DNA of 63,698 nt, counting the filler, from Reticulomyxa filosa (taxonomy: Eukaryota; Protista; Foraminifera): the NCBI GenBank assembly GCA_000512085.1. It is 26 parts of 26 records of this genome, joined end to end, with 100 filler letters (N's around TTAATTAATTAA, not from the genome) between each part and the next. Parts side by side here need not be neighbours in the genome. Positions count along the whole stretch, not along the records: positions 51,136 to 52,354 come from ASPP01016374.1; positions 52,455 to 53,629 come from ASPP01046908.1; positions 53,730 to 55,209 come from ASPP01027608.1; positions 55,310 to 56,983 come from ASPP01036931.1; positions 57,084 to 59,179 come from ASPP01028341.1; positions 59,280 to 60,568 come from ASPP01007413.1; positions 60,669 to 61,907 come from ASPP01010505.1; positions 62,008 to 63,698 come from ASPP01035357.1; 18 more parts are not named here. One strand, 5' to 3'. This document shows positions 51,372 to 63,698 of the stretch, piece after piece. The notes beneath the pieces were generated by a model. It saw nothing but the letters and a program-made list of their open reading frames with translations. It was not told the DNA's origin and did no database searches. How positions within the stretch are numbered: position 1 is the first letter of the stretch; every line of letters starts with the position of its first letter. The translations under genes and the position numbers were made by a program.

Positions 51372-52222
51372 AGCTTTTAATGCGGATGGCGACTTTGAAA
51401 TAAATGAAGCATGCAACAAGGATTGAAACCCGATGGGCGACAAATCTACGCCGACTTTAGATTCCCTGGCGTGGAGTATGTCGCTGATGTTGAGACTGTT
51501 GCTGACGCTATTGCTATGTGGAGCACTCGAGGCCAAAGTGAGTTTTTTTTTTTGCAATAAGAGCTGTGGGTCCAAACTGACGAGCAAGCTCGAGCGTTTG
51601 CGCGACCGACTGGGGGTCGACTCTTTCTCAACCTTTTCGTCGCCAGAGGCCATAGGCGACACCGAAAGCGCGTCTCGCGGAGTCAAGTTGGTGTACAATG
51701 TGCCAATCAAGTCGTCCCAAAATTGCTCTCCGCCATCCAAGGTGTCCAAGTCCAATTCCGACTCAGCGTTATTATTTTGTACTTGTGTATCGACGAGCGG
51801 TGGGGGTACGTCTCTGTCTGTATCGAGATTAGACGGTGGGGACGGACTCATAACCATGACCATCGACGACTGTTCATCACCATCTTTGTGCTCTTCCTTG
51901 CCACGGCGATCTCCTTCTGCTTTGCTGGCGTCAGATTTGTCGTCCTTTGTCTTTGTGTCCAATGTGTCCACCAACTCGCCAATGAACTCGGTGTTGATAC
52001 TACCTAAGCGTCCGAAATTGCTGACGCTGCGAAACGTTTCCAAGGATTGTTGAGAACGGTGAGAGTCGGCGAACATTGAGCTGTTGAATGTTCCCATCCT
52101 CGCCAAGTCCACTTGCTCGCCTTTGGACATTTGTCCAAACATTTTTTTCAGCAATGTGTTGTCTTGGATACCCGAACATTCGCGGAAGATGTCATCGCAA
52201 ATGTGTTCCAATTCGTCCATGG
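51372..52222 (-). CDS. Hypothetical protein, internal exon, largely disordered
   Basis: About 285-codon open, GC-richer exon bounded by (TA)n intron sequence. Confidence 0.6.
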
Positions 52223-53039
52223 TATACTCAATTTTATCTAATATATATATATATACATATATATGTATATATATATATTATTTTTTTTTATTGTTCGTTT
52301 TGTATTGGTAATATGCAATATAAACATTACATATATAATAATAATAATAATAATNNNNNNNNNNNNNNNNNNNNNNNNNNNNNNNNNNNNNNNNNNNNTT
52401 AATTAATTAANNNNNNNNNNNNNNNNNNNNNNNNNNNNNNNNNNNNNNNNNNNNTCTTTATTTTGTAAATCTAAAACATTTCATTGGATAAAAAAAAATG
52501 AATCATTTTGGTTTTACTTTTATTTTGAAATTTAATGGTACGTTTCAATACTGTGCAAACAAAAAATAACATATAAAAATTGTCCAATCTAACCGAGTTG
52601 GACATTTCAAAGTTCGAAAGCTATTTCATCTCGAAATTAAAAGATATAAGATATCTTTGAATGTTTGAAAAAGGCAACAAAAAAAGGAAAAACTAAAAAT
52701 CCTTGATATAAACTTTTCTAAAGCACAAAAAATATTGTTTGAGCGTGTTCAATATTTGTGCGAATTAAAAAATATCATTCCAGTAATAAAGGATGCTGCG
52801 CTTCTTGGCCGGTAATGATACATTGAACCATATTGTTAACTTCAATGACAGCCTAAAAGCCAGCAAATTGAATCATAGAGCCTGTCTTGAGGACAGTGTA
52901 GGCCAAGAGAATAAATAGCACTCATAAATCGTTTATATACATTTTTTTGATGTGCAAATTCTCTCCTTGATTTGTTTTTATTTCGAGTTCAACATACGCT
53001 CAACTTCTCTCCACGTATACTTATTTGTAAAGACATTGC

Positions 53040-53320
53040 CAACATCCAGATGTTGTCCTTCATAGTAAAACAAGAGGTCCCAAAATAGTGCGTGTGGAAT
53101 ATGAGTCAAGGGACAACCAAGCGCAATAATGATTTGATTTGTTCTCTGTCGTGCGCCCGTAGTGGGTGGAAGCTGTGTGAGCGCCAGGCCTCCAAGAGGC
53201 CACAATAATACTTTGTCAGTTCGCCGGCCAGACAATACCCTAATTCATGAATTAACACAATTTCCCATAGTACCAGGTTATACAACACAATCAGTGCTAT
53301 GTAGTATAAAAAATGATCTG
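53040..53320 (-). pseudogene. Peptidase M50 (site-2-protease/SpoIVFB-like) relic
   Basis: IVLIHELGYCLA (HExxH with the second His read as Tyr), frameshift, then DKVLLWPLGGLA...IIIALGCPLTHIP (LxPxGG and IALAGP motifs). Confidence 0.7.
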
Positions 53321-53789
53321 GATTTGCTTGAAATACCTATTTTTAACTTCAAACAAAAGACGATGGGAGGGGAAAAAAAAAGTGAAGACACAAGTTCAAT
53401 GAGATTAAATCTTTAACAACCAATATGCCAATGACAACAACAAAATAAAAGTGTGAAACTCGAGCCCAAAAAAGGAATGACAGCAAAAAAAAGCCGGAAG
53501 CAAAGTAATGGACGTGAATAGGTATCCCAAAGACTGAAAATAGCTTAAAATTATAATCTAAAAACGATTTTTCTTGAGTTTGAGGATTAGGGTTGCTTAA
53601 TTGCTCGTACGAGCGTGTTCTTTGATTGTNNNNNNNNNNNNNNNNNNNNNNNNNNNNNNNNNNNNNNNNNNNNTTAATTAATTAANNNNNNNNNNNNNNN
53701 NNNNNNNNNNNNNNNNNNNNNNNNNNNNNCTCTCCTTTCTCTATCTCTCTCTTTCTCTCCCTCTTTCTTAATTTTCTCAATTTTGTTCA

Positions 53790-55190
53790 AAACTTTGGTT
53801 TCATGTGCCAGAATGTAGCGAGGCAATGTCTCAGGATTGGCAGCTAAGAGTTCCTCTTCTTCCTTTCGCGCGTCGTCGGCGTGCTTCAGATCGTAGCGAT
53901 ACTTGAAGACAGCCAGGTCGTTCCACACGTGTTCGGGTCTGTCAATGGCGGCCTGCCGATAAAAGTTGAGGAAGCCGTTGGTGTCGAGACGGTCGCTAAA
54001 GTCACTGTGAGTGTGGAAGATGTTTTGGATCCTGGACTTGCTGGCCGAGGCCTCTCCAGCGCCGCAGGCCAAGATGTAGTCGTGCATGTCGTTATGTGAC
54101 ATGGTGCCGTCCTGGTTTCGAGCAAAGAGTTTGAATATTTTTTCGAGGGCGACTTTGGCAGGGTCGACAAGTTGCTGAGGAGTGGTAGCAGTGACCAAAG
54201 TGACACGCTGCGACTTGTCGTCTTTCAGCGTGACATGGACACTACTGCCGTCGCGAATGTTGAGCGAAGCGATGGTGTTTGAGTTCTTCTCGTCGTCGAG
54301 TTTGTTACCTGCATACAAATGGACCGTGTCGGAGGAGCGATTAACCTTATTGGAAATGGCACATCGCAATTCCCATAGCGTGTCGTTTTCGTGGACAGCC
54401 AATCGAAAGTGTGGAGGCTTCCCATATCCATTGTAATTGATTCGGTCGATAATATTCAAATGCCACTTCTTCCCTCGAGATAAGGCGTTGTGAGAGCGAT
54501 AGCCACCCAGGCCTCTCGACTCGGTGGCATTCAAAAACTGATGTGATCAGATCCAGCACGCGCACACATTGATCTCTGGTCTCGATCTTGGACACCTTCT
54601 TGTAGCTGTCTACTGTCTGTGCCAACTCCTTCATGGCTCGATCCAAAAATCAACTTGCGAATGCGTCCGACTTGTGACTTCAGGTCACTGGATAGACGAT
54701 TGCACACTGAGTTCAAAAACGCAATCGACTTTTGACTCACTGTATCTTGATGCGTGTGCAACACGATAGACCACAGATAGTCCACTCCGATCAGCTCGTC
54801 GAAATTGGTAACAAAGAACGACTTGCCATTCTCCACCACTTGCATGTTACCCTTGTTCTGGTTGACGAACAAAAAAACTTTTCAAACGAGTCGTATGCCG
54901 GCAGCGTCATCGACTCTGGCGCAATGTCGCACAAAAACTTTTGGATAAACAAGTGCTGTGGCCACGTCGTCCTCCAGCGATCGGAAGCGAGAGCCCAACA
55001 TCATCTTTTGGAACCATTTGAATGCCTCTTCGCGCTCTTCCGGTGTCAGACAATGCACGACCATGGCGTCCCACAGAGTGTCCACGTCTTCTTTTTTCAG
55101 TCGAATAAACGAGTATCCCAGAACAAAGTCCAAAAACTCCAAGCGCTCTTTCACTTCGTCCAAATAGGAGAATCTTCCACTTTTCATTTG
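53790..55190 (-). CDS. USP9/USP24/USP34-like giant deubiquitinase, internal fragment with ubiquitin-like and EF-hand-like segments (several frameshifts)
   Basis: EVKERLEFLDFVL...LWDAMV...REEAFKWF; LIGVDYLWSIVL; VHENDTLWELR...TIASLNIRDGSSV; IFKLFARNQDGTMS...GFLNFYRQAA...VWNDL...YRYDLK; LPRYILA. Confidence 0.7.
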
Positions 55191-56715
55191 ATTTATTGAT
55201 ACATGATACNNNNNNNNNNNNNNNNNNNNNNNNNNNNNNNNNNNNNNNNNNNNTTAATTAATTAANNNNNNNNNNNNNNNNNNNNNNNNNNNNNNNNNNN
55301 NNNNNNNNNCATAACAATTCAACTTGATTGTATCTGAAGATAAAGACTTCTTTAATAATATTAAATTATATGTTTCCAAAACATGATGTATATATTGAAA
55401 CGCAAGTAACATTGAAGAATCTTATAAAACATTTGTCATTGACAAATCCAAAAGTAAGTCATTTATTCTATGAACACATTCGAGCATAAAAAATACTTAA
55501 TAATCAAACGGAAGAAAAAAAAGAAGTAAAAAAAGGAAATGATGACTTCTGTGAATGCATTGATGCAAAAGAAATAATAATAAAACAACTGCAAATCATT
55601 ACAAATTACATTCAGAAATTCGAATATTGAAACCTCCATAACTAAAAGGAATAAATGAACGTCAAAAATGATATTACATTAAAGACAATTAAATTTGTTT
55701 GTAAATTCAATCCAAAGGAAATATTTATGTAATTTTACTGAATATTTAAGAAATATATTATCATGAGTGAAATGAATCCAGCAAGTTGTACTGATGTTAT
55801 ATTGATATTGAAAAATCAAGAAAACAAGAATTACAAGATATGACAATGTCACAGAAACATATATTTCATTGCAAGTAAATAATTATCCATATACAGACAA
55901 TAATGATAATAAAAAAAAATAAAAACAATAATTTCTCAAGCTTTACAAATGAAATAAATGAATAAAAAGATGATGGATGTTATTCATGAGAATATGATCA
56001 GTTCAATTTAAATAATGGAATACAAAAATAATAGTAATATGTCGAGTTTATGTATTAAATGATGAATATATACAACATGTCTTAATGATCAAAAAAACAT
56101 AACAACAACGCCAGTGATATATTTGTAGCCTATATATTCATATATTTGTGAAAATGAATAAAAAAATAAAATGAATGATATTTACTTTGGAGAATATGCA
56201 TAATCAATTTTTCTTTTTCAGAAGATAGTACTATTTGGATATGGGATACATTCTCAAGAAACAACTTCACGTAAACAATGTGGCGAAATATTTAGCATGA
56301 TATATGTGTAATTGATGCATATCATTGCTTTTATAATTATTGCAATTCAACAAAAAACAAAAACAAGATTAATTTGCTCATCATCAAAGGTTAAATTTGT
56401 TATTGCCAAATTTGTCATCGACATTACAAAAGATTTTGATGATATATTATTAGAGACAAAACAACAAACTTTATTCATATCTTTTCACGTCGCAAAGACT
56501 GTAGTAATTCAACAAAAAATTGTATTTGCATGTGTTCATCCCCAAATAATCATAGCATAAGTTAACAATTATTATTTTTATTTCTTTTTCAATGACATAA
56601 ATTCCATTACCTTCTTTCATCAAATAAAATTTATTCCCACTTTTATCCATTGATTCAGATAAAATTGTATTTGCGTCATCAATATTTTCTAATTCATTTG
56701 AAAAAAATATCCATG

Positions 56716-56816
56716 ATGTTTTGCTGTTTCAATATCCCATATCCGAATGGTTTTTATTCTTTGAAGCAGAACAGATAGTATATCCATTGCCATCAATCAC
56801 ACCATTGTTGTCATTG
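56716..56816 (-). pseudogene. WD40-repeat relic
   Basis: NNGVIDGNGYTICSASKNK(frameshift)TIRIWDIETAK in degenerate AT-rich sequence. Confidence 0.7.
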
Positions 56817-59279
56817 GTTTGCAAATTTATTATATTTATTATTTGTTTGTGTTTTCAAATAAACTCCAATTTGAACAATTACAGATATTGTTAACTCTAT
56901 TTTTTTTTCAAATTTTTTTTGATTTAGCAAACCAAACAAAAATTATTATCCAATTGCTTATGAAATGAAAGAATATTTTTGTGNNNNNNNNNNNNNNNNN
57001 NNNNNNNNNNNNNNNNNNNNNNNNNNNTTAATTAATTAANNNNNNNNNNNNNNNNNNNNNNNNNNNNNNNNNNNNNNNNNNNNCGCTACTTCAAGTATCT
57101 CTTTTGGGTTTAAAAAAGCTCGCAAAACATGAGATTATTTAATAAAATCCACGAAATCACAAACGTGGGAACATCCACCTGGCGACATTGTGCATGCAGT
57201 TACAACCCCAAAAAAAAAAGCGATGACTCCACATCTACAAAAAGTAGTGACCAAGCGGTGGCTAATACTAAATGCTCTAATGAGCCGTCTACTGCTAGTG
57301 CTAGGCAATCTTCCAATTCTAGCGATAATGGGGAGGGGGAAAGAACGCTCGTACAAGAAAATTGTTGAATGCCCGGGCCAAAGCAAAACAATGAATTATG
57401 GGCATCGCCGCAGGAACAAGGGGGAGGGGGAGGGGGAACTCAAAGTGCAGCTACGAAAGCATCAGAAAATTTAAAAAGTCAGTTACTGATACTACTACCA
57501 AAGAGCCATTATCTATCAATCACAATATATTGAAGAAAAAGAAGAAAAGAACACAACGATTTCCACATTGATTCGGCCCAGTCTACTACTGTGGTATGTC
57601 GTCTTTTGCTTTCTCCCCCCTCCTCCCCAGGCCAACATTACAAACTGAATTGACATAGAGCGGATTGCTGTTGCATGAGAACGAAAATGCGATCACACCT
57701 TCGAAAATTGTAATGACCAGCATTAGCACCTCGAACTTGTTTCAATGGCATCTCATGCTACTAAAAATGGACAACCGTGTCATCAGCGCCGAATTGAAAC
57801 AATTTATTGGTTCAAACATTGACACTTTCGCAAAGGTCAAAACAGAAATGGAGTTTCAATTCTTGCTGAAGAAATACTGTGTTGTATTAACAAAACAGAA
57901 ATGCTTGTCAATCTTCACTTTGCGACAAAAGATATGGACAAGCAATACATTTCACAATTGCATAAGCTTGATATGCTCAAGGAATCTATAAATTATCACA
58001 AGAAAGTATTGTATGTTCGTCGCATCTTTAGTAGGATTAAACGCGACTTGATATGCACAAGTGAAACAAGCAATGTCCAACTATTTATATAAATTGTAAA
58101 TAGTAAACAATGCTTTATGTCAATTGCTGGGTAATATTAATATCAAAGTGCTGAGATTTGATGTTAAGTAATATGTGTTATATATATACTCTTTATTTTC
58201 TTTTTTTTTTTTTTATATGCATGCCAACATCACATTGATTAATATAAAACAAAATAGCCAAAGAAGTGCATACATTTTATATTTTTTCCAGCACAAAATT
58301 GTTGCTGACCTGAGCAGAACAATATATAAACATTGGCACAGATGGTGAAGATGCAACAAGATAGAATCATAAAGTGGAGATGATGTGGAACATACGCATT
58401 GATGTTTTTTTCCATTTACTTTTTTTTTTTTTGCTTGTTTCTCGGAAAATTTTTCTTCTCTTTCTGTTTGACTGCTCATGGTTTGCTTTCTCTAAATATT
58501 AAATTTAATTATTTAATTGAAAATATGGTATACAAAAACATTCGCATAATTTGGTATAAATGTAATTAAATTGCTTTTTGGTGTCAGATCTTTGGCTCTT
58601 TTTTTTGTTTTGAAGGCAGAATGCCTTCAACTCCAATATCTTTTTCTTTGGTATGGATGAAGAAACAAATAAAAAAAAATATTATCACTGAAATCCATCT
58701 TGCAAAAATGATATCAAATTGTCCAATTCCCCATTGCCGCCTTTTTTTTTTATTTTTATGAATTTTGCAATTTTTTTTAATTTGTTCAAAATATACATAT
58801 ATCAAACCAATAGAAATTTGCGATGTCAATACAGTTTCAACAACGATTGCAAGGATATTCCAATGGATCATCTCCAAACTTTTTTTTTATTATATAAACA
58901 AAATAAATTGATTAAATGAATTAAGTAGAATAAATATAACATGTATATATAATATGATTCCAAAAAAAATAGCAGCAATAACAATGAATGAACCAACAAT
59001 AATAAGTGTGTGATAAAACACATGCAAAAAGAATAATTTAGATTTTGTATCTGAAAATTTTCTATCACAGCGAAAAAATAAATTGTTAAGAGGAAAATGG
59101 TGATGAAATCCATGCAATAAATGGAATAATGACAACATATAACTTGAAGTAAAATATGGTTACCATTAAATCGTATAGANNNNNNNNNNNNNNNNNNNNN
59201 NNNNNNNNNNNNNNNNNNNNNNNTTAATTAATTAANNNNNNNNNNNNNNNNNNNNNNNNNNNNNNNNNNNNNNNNNNNN

Positions 59280-60505
59280 CGAACATGCAATTGGCTGGAC
59301 ATGGAAGCAGGCACAGTGTTGTCAGGCAGTTACGATCACACGGTAAAATTGTGGGACCTTCGACGTGTGGATCGTCTTGGAAGCGGTGCTGGCGACAAAA
59401 ACGCAGATGCAGATGCAGATGCAGATGCAGATGCAAATGCAAATGCAAATGGTGATTATGAAGAAGAAATGGAAATGGAAGCAAAAGAAGAAGAAGAAAT
59501 GGAAATGGAAATGGAAGAAGAAGAAGAAGAAGAAGAAGAAGAAGAAGAAGCAATTGACAATGCCAATGGTAATGAAGACGAGGAAATGTACACGGGAGAA
59601 AATTTGTTACGTCAAACAAAGACCATGAGCAACATGATACACAAAGCGAAATTGACAATCCATCACGATTACCCAGTGGAAAGTGTCGTGGCTTTGGACA
59701 ATGACTTGGTGTTTATCGCAGGAGGGCCTGCTGTGAAATTGTATTCGTTGCGTTATTTAAAAATAGACAATAGCAATAGTAGTGGTAAAAAGACCACTCA
59801 AGCATTATGTTCAATCTATACCCATCGCAAGACAGTGACCTCACTCGCTGTGCATCGTGGACAAGGTCGTCTCGTTAGCGGCTGCTTGGACGGCTACGTA
59901 CGCGTGTTTTCGCTGCAGATGAGCAGCGAAACAGAGGATCACGTGTGCAAGAACACGCACTCATTCCGCTGTCCGAGTGGCGTGCTCAGCTGCGATATTA
60001 GTCGCGACGGCAAGCTGTTGGCTATCGGCACGTTGGAGCATGGAGTGATCTTTCGATCCAATTCAAAGTCCAAAGGGACAGGTGATGGCAACGAAGAAGA
60101 AGAAGAAGAACACGAAGAAGCAGCTGAAGAGGCACCTGTTGGAGGCCAGAAAACAATAGGATGGGAAAACGGCCTTGAAGAAGTGGATCAGGATATACGC
60201 TCGTGGAGAAAAAGTCGCGACGAAGAGAAACACAAACGAGGACTAATCGAAGTGCCCAGTGGCAATTCCACCAAAACCATCAGGGTCGGCAGCACCGACT
60301 GGTTCATGCGCGGACAGTCGCTCGCAAAGCCATGGGCCCCTCCTACTCTGGTCAAGGACGGCGCCAGCGCCGAGGCCATCAGTGCTGCCATGGGTGCTGT
60401 CACCGACACGCTTGTCGTCTCCAAGCGAAGGCACAAAAAACTTCATGGTTACGAACTCGCTTTGAAACGTTCCGATATGCTGCGCTCTTGATGAAGCTTT
60501 TAAGG
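59280..60505 (+). CDS. UTP15: U3 snoRNP WD40 protein UTP15, internal fragment
   Basis: LSGSYDHTVKLWDLR; HDYPVESVV; IAGGPAVK; HRKTVTSL; RLVSGCLDGYVRVF; VLSCDIS; KKL..YE.AL..FRYAAL (start of the UTP15 C-terminal domain, frameshifted). Confidence 0.85.
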
Positions 60506-60507
60506 TG

Positions 60508-60542
<35 letters not shown>

Positions 60543-60689
60543 AAAGAGAATATGTCTCTAACTTTATTNNNNNNNNNNNNNNNNNNNNNNNNNNNNNNNN
60601 NNNNNNNNNNNNTTAATTAATTAANNNNNNNNNNNNNNNNNNNNNNNNNNNNNNNNNNNNNNNNNNNNAAAAAAAAAAAAAAAAAAAAA

Positions 60690-61195
60690 AAAAAAGAGTC
60701 TTTTAAAAGAAGAAAAAGAACAAGAAGAAGAAGAAGAAGAAGAAGAAGCGATGATGATAAAGAAATTAGTAGAAGATGGAAGAGAAGAGGAGTTGATAGT
60801 GGAAACGAGGAGAGCGAAAAGAGGGCAAAAGAACAGTTCTGCGAACAAATTGGATGACTCATTAATTGCAAAAACAGAAATAGCGCAGCAACATAATAAG
60901 AAAGAAGAAGAAGAAGAAGAAGAAGAAATGGGGGAGACAAGATCAGAGCAAGATCTGAAAAAGTCTCATAAGATAGGGATTCACAAAGGCGTGTGTTATT
61001 TGTTGTTGCAAAAGCAAGTGATGGCAAGCATTTATAAAGACGAATGGGCGCCTTTCCGCATCAATGTGAACAATGGAAGGATTGAAAAGAAGAAGAAGAA
61101 GAATAATAATAATAATAATAATAATGAAGAAGGTATTAACAATTATAATGATAATGATAATGATAATGTTAATGACAATGATAAAAATAATGACA

Positions 61196-61226
<31 letters not shown>

Positions 61227-61907
61227 AAATGATGACAAGACAAAAGAAAAAGAAAAAGCAAAAGAAGTGAAACACAAAAATCAATGGAAATATGGGACGC
61301 AATATATGGTGGTAGAAGGCAAGGACAACAAAACGATAGAAGCGATTGTAAAGCATGTGAAAGAGTCAATCGAAAAGAACTTGGTGTTAGTGGATAGTGG
61401 GCCATTGAAGCGTCAGGCGATCATTGGAACCAGCGGCAGCATTGTGAAAAGCATAAAAGAAAAGTTTGACGTGGCGTTCATTTGGGAGGACGACGTCGTG
61501 CAAGGTCTGTTTTACGTTTGGGATTTTGACGCGCAGCACGCCTTGCAGGCGGCGCAACACTTGGAGAAGCGCTTGGATCGCTCGCGCATTTTGCACTTGC
61601 CCGTCGGACAATACTCGCTGCTCTTAGCCAATCGCGCCTCGCATTTGAATCTCATCCGCAAAACCAATGATGCCTTGATACATACCTTGGACATGCAGCC
61701 CACTTCGCTTCTCAAACAATTCACTCAATTGCGTCACTTGCGAGATGAATCCTCGTCGCAGTCACAGTCGCAGTCGCAGTCGCAGCAGCTGCATGCTCAT
61801 CCTATCCCTTCCAGGGCTGATATCAAAGCAAGGATACTCATCGCTGGAGATAATGATGACATGATCAATCATGCCATGCAAATGATTTATGAATACTTGC
61901 AAAGTTT
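60690..61907 (+). CDS. KH-domain-containing protein fragment with Asn/Asp and Glu tracts
   Basis: RQAIIGTSGSIVKSIKEKFDV is a GxxG KH motif. A second degenerate KH (LLLANRASHLNLIRKTNDA...ILIAGD) follows. Confidence 0.65.
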
Positions 61908-63698
61908 NNNNNNNNNNNNNNNNNNNNNNNNNNNNNNNNNNNNNNNNNNNNTTAATTAATTAANNNNNNNNNNNNNNNNNNNNNNNNNNNNNNNNNNNNN
62001 NNNNNNNGACTTATTGTATAATCTATAAAGGATAAAATCTATGGAAGCTTTTCTTTTTTGTATGTATTGATGAAGTGTTATTGCCAAACCCTAGTAAGTA
62101 AGTTGTTTCCTTTAATAATACTTTAATAAATAATTAAATTGATAATCCTTTTTTATTAGTTTAAAGTATTTGTTTTATTCTGGTTTATTTACCAAGAAAA
62201 ATCAACAATAGATACTATCGTAAGATTTTGATTGATTATCAATATTTTATTAAAGAAAAATTTTATGAAAGTCCCATTTTGAACAAAAAAAGTAAAGAAA
62301 AAACTATTTGAACTCTCGCTATCTTAATAATATTGATGGTAGAATAAAACATTTACATTAAAATATGTCTGTTATTTTCTTAAACTGTGTATTGACAGCA
62401 CAATTAACTATTTTTCAAAAAATGTTTTGATACGTTGATACGAATTCATTTTCATTATTTCACAAGAAAAATATTTCTTCATTAAAATGTTAAAAAAAAT
62501 GTACATGGAAAAAAAACAAAACAAATTTGATTTTGTGTGCTCATTTTCTACGTTTATGAAATGATCTATAATATCACAGTTTTCCTTTATTTTTTGAGTT
62601 CAGTCTCATAATTATTTTTGCAATAGTAGCATCTCCTAAAATAAGAAATATTTTAAAAAATATTATACACTGACAAAGACAATCAAGGTTATGTGTAGAA
62701 GTGTTGTTTTCCATTATATTACTTTTTTAAAGAATTACTTGTAATTGTGAATATTACGCTTTAGAGACATAATTTTTCTAAACATTTTTTACTAATTCAA
62801 TTTTAGTTATTTTATTGAAACTATAATTGAAAATATTCTTTCCATTTCAATGAATAAATTAATCATATTTTATCCATGTCGGTACACAGCGAATACAATC
62901 AGGAAATTTTATCCAAGTTGTCATTTTTTCTTGAAACGCTTTGTAACTAGTCTATCGCTGAATAATCATACTGCCTCAGCATCGTTAAAACATTTTATGA
63001 TTTTTAATATAAAGCTATCGCGTTTCATAAATTTCTAATAATAATTCTCTATCAGGAAAATATACAAATACTAATGGACAATGATTTAAAAGCCTTGGTG
63101 ATAAAATACTTTACTAGCATCTGTTGGTGGATTGCATGCACTTACTATTTGAATATTTTCTACTACTCATTCTTTAATAATGTTTTATTTTATGTTCTGC
63201 TTGCTAATGTTGTTAATATTGAGAAAACGATTCATTTTCCCAGCAATGTTTTTCTTTTTTTTAATAATTGAATAGTTAAACAAACAACGATTACAACATT
63301 TGTAACAAATTTAATTACGTTGTGTTTCTGCTAATGTCCGAAAATTGTTGCTTTGCACAACTCTAATGGTGTCTCCTTCTTCTCATTCATAATGTCTCTC
63401 AAGTCCGTCATGTTGTCATATTATGACACAATGTATATAATTGAACTTAAAGTAATATTTCATAATTTCTAAATAATAAATAATAAATAATAAACCCTTT
63501 CTTTTGCATATTTTGATTTGTCAAATTAGTTGTATTACCTTCCGCGAATGAGAATATGTTGATGAAAGATATGAATTGTCCGTCTTTTAATGTTTTCAAG
63601 AATAAGAGATATTAAGTGGTTTTTATTTTTTATTATTTGCTCAGAACTAAAAAGATTGCTTTTTCATTTTTCATCTCTTTTCACATTAGCTTTTCCTT

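Noticed and set aside
53790-55190. Programmed ribosomal frameshifting in the USP9-like, USP, ubiD and UTP15 genes
   Set aside because: Most shifts sit in or near short homopolymers on small contigs and occur in the bacterial contig too. Pyrosequencing-type indel errors are simpler.
57084-59179. Short ORFs as genes (57129-58092 +, 58213-59138 -)
   Set aside because: Fragmentary, with no recognisable family or consistent splice model. Probably relics.

Overview
This window is not one locus. It is 26 short, unrelated contigs joined by 25 artificial 100-nt spacers (44 N + TTAATTAATTAA + 44 N), so adjacency across a spacer means nothing. Almost all contigs come from an AT-rich, intron-containing protist. 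The WD40 and NACHT family motifs, homopolymer-rich introns and pseudogene load resemble the foraminiferan Reticulomyxa filosa; this is an inference, not a database result. Recognisable genes (mostly partial): CCDC17-like, TTC1, a PUB/UBX protein, Rab2, an SDG2/ATXR3-like SET methyltransferase (disrupted), a C2H2 zinc-finger protein, two ubiquitin-specific proteases, a clathrin heavy-chain relic, an atypical bromodomain protein, Derlin, DNA polymerase alpha, TPP2, YIPF6, BLTP2/FMP27, a WD40 protein, 3-hydroxyacyl-CoA dehydrogenase, an M50 protease relic, UTP15 and a KH protein. One GC-rich contig (33423-35923) is bacterial (ubiD plus an Ig-like lipoprotein). The most striking signal is the intron architecture. 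In most introns I could delimit from protein homology, the U-rich tract sits near the donor and the acceptor AG follows A-, AC- or purine-rich sequence instead of a polypyrimidine tract. Many introns are built from self-complementary simple repeats or perfect inverted repeats, and donors mostly read GTT (often GTTRAG). Together this suggests a divergent, possibly structure-assisted mode of splice-site recognition. All annotations are by eye.
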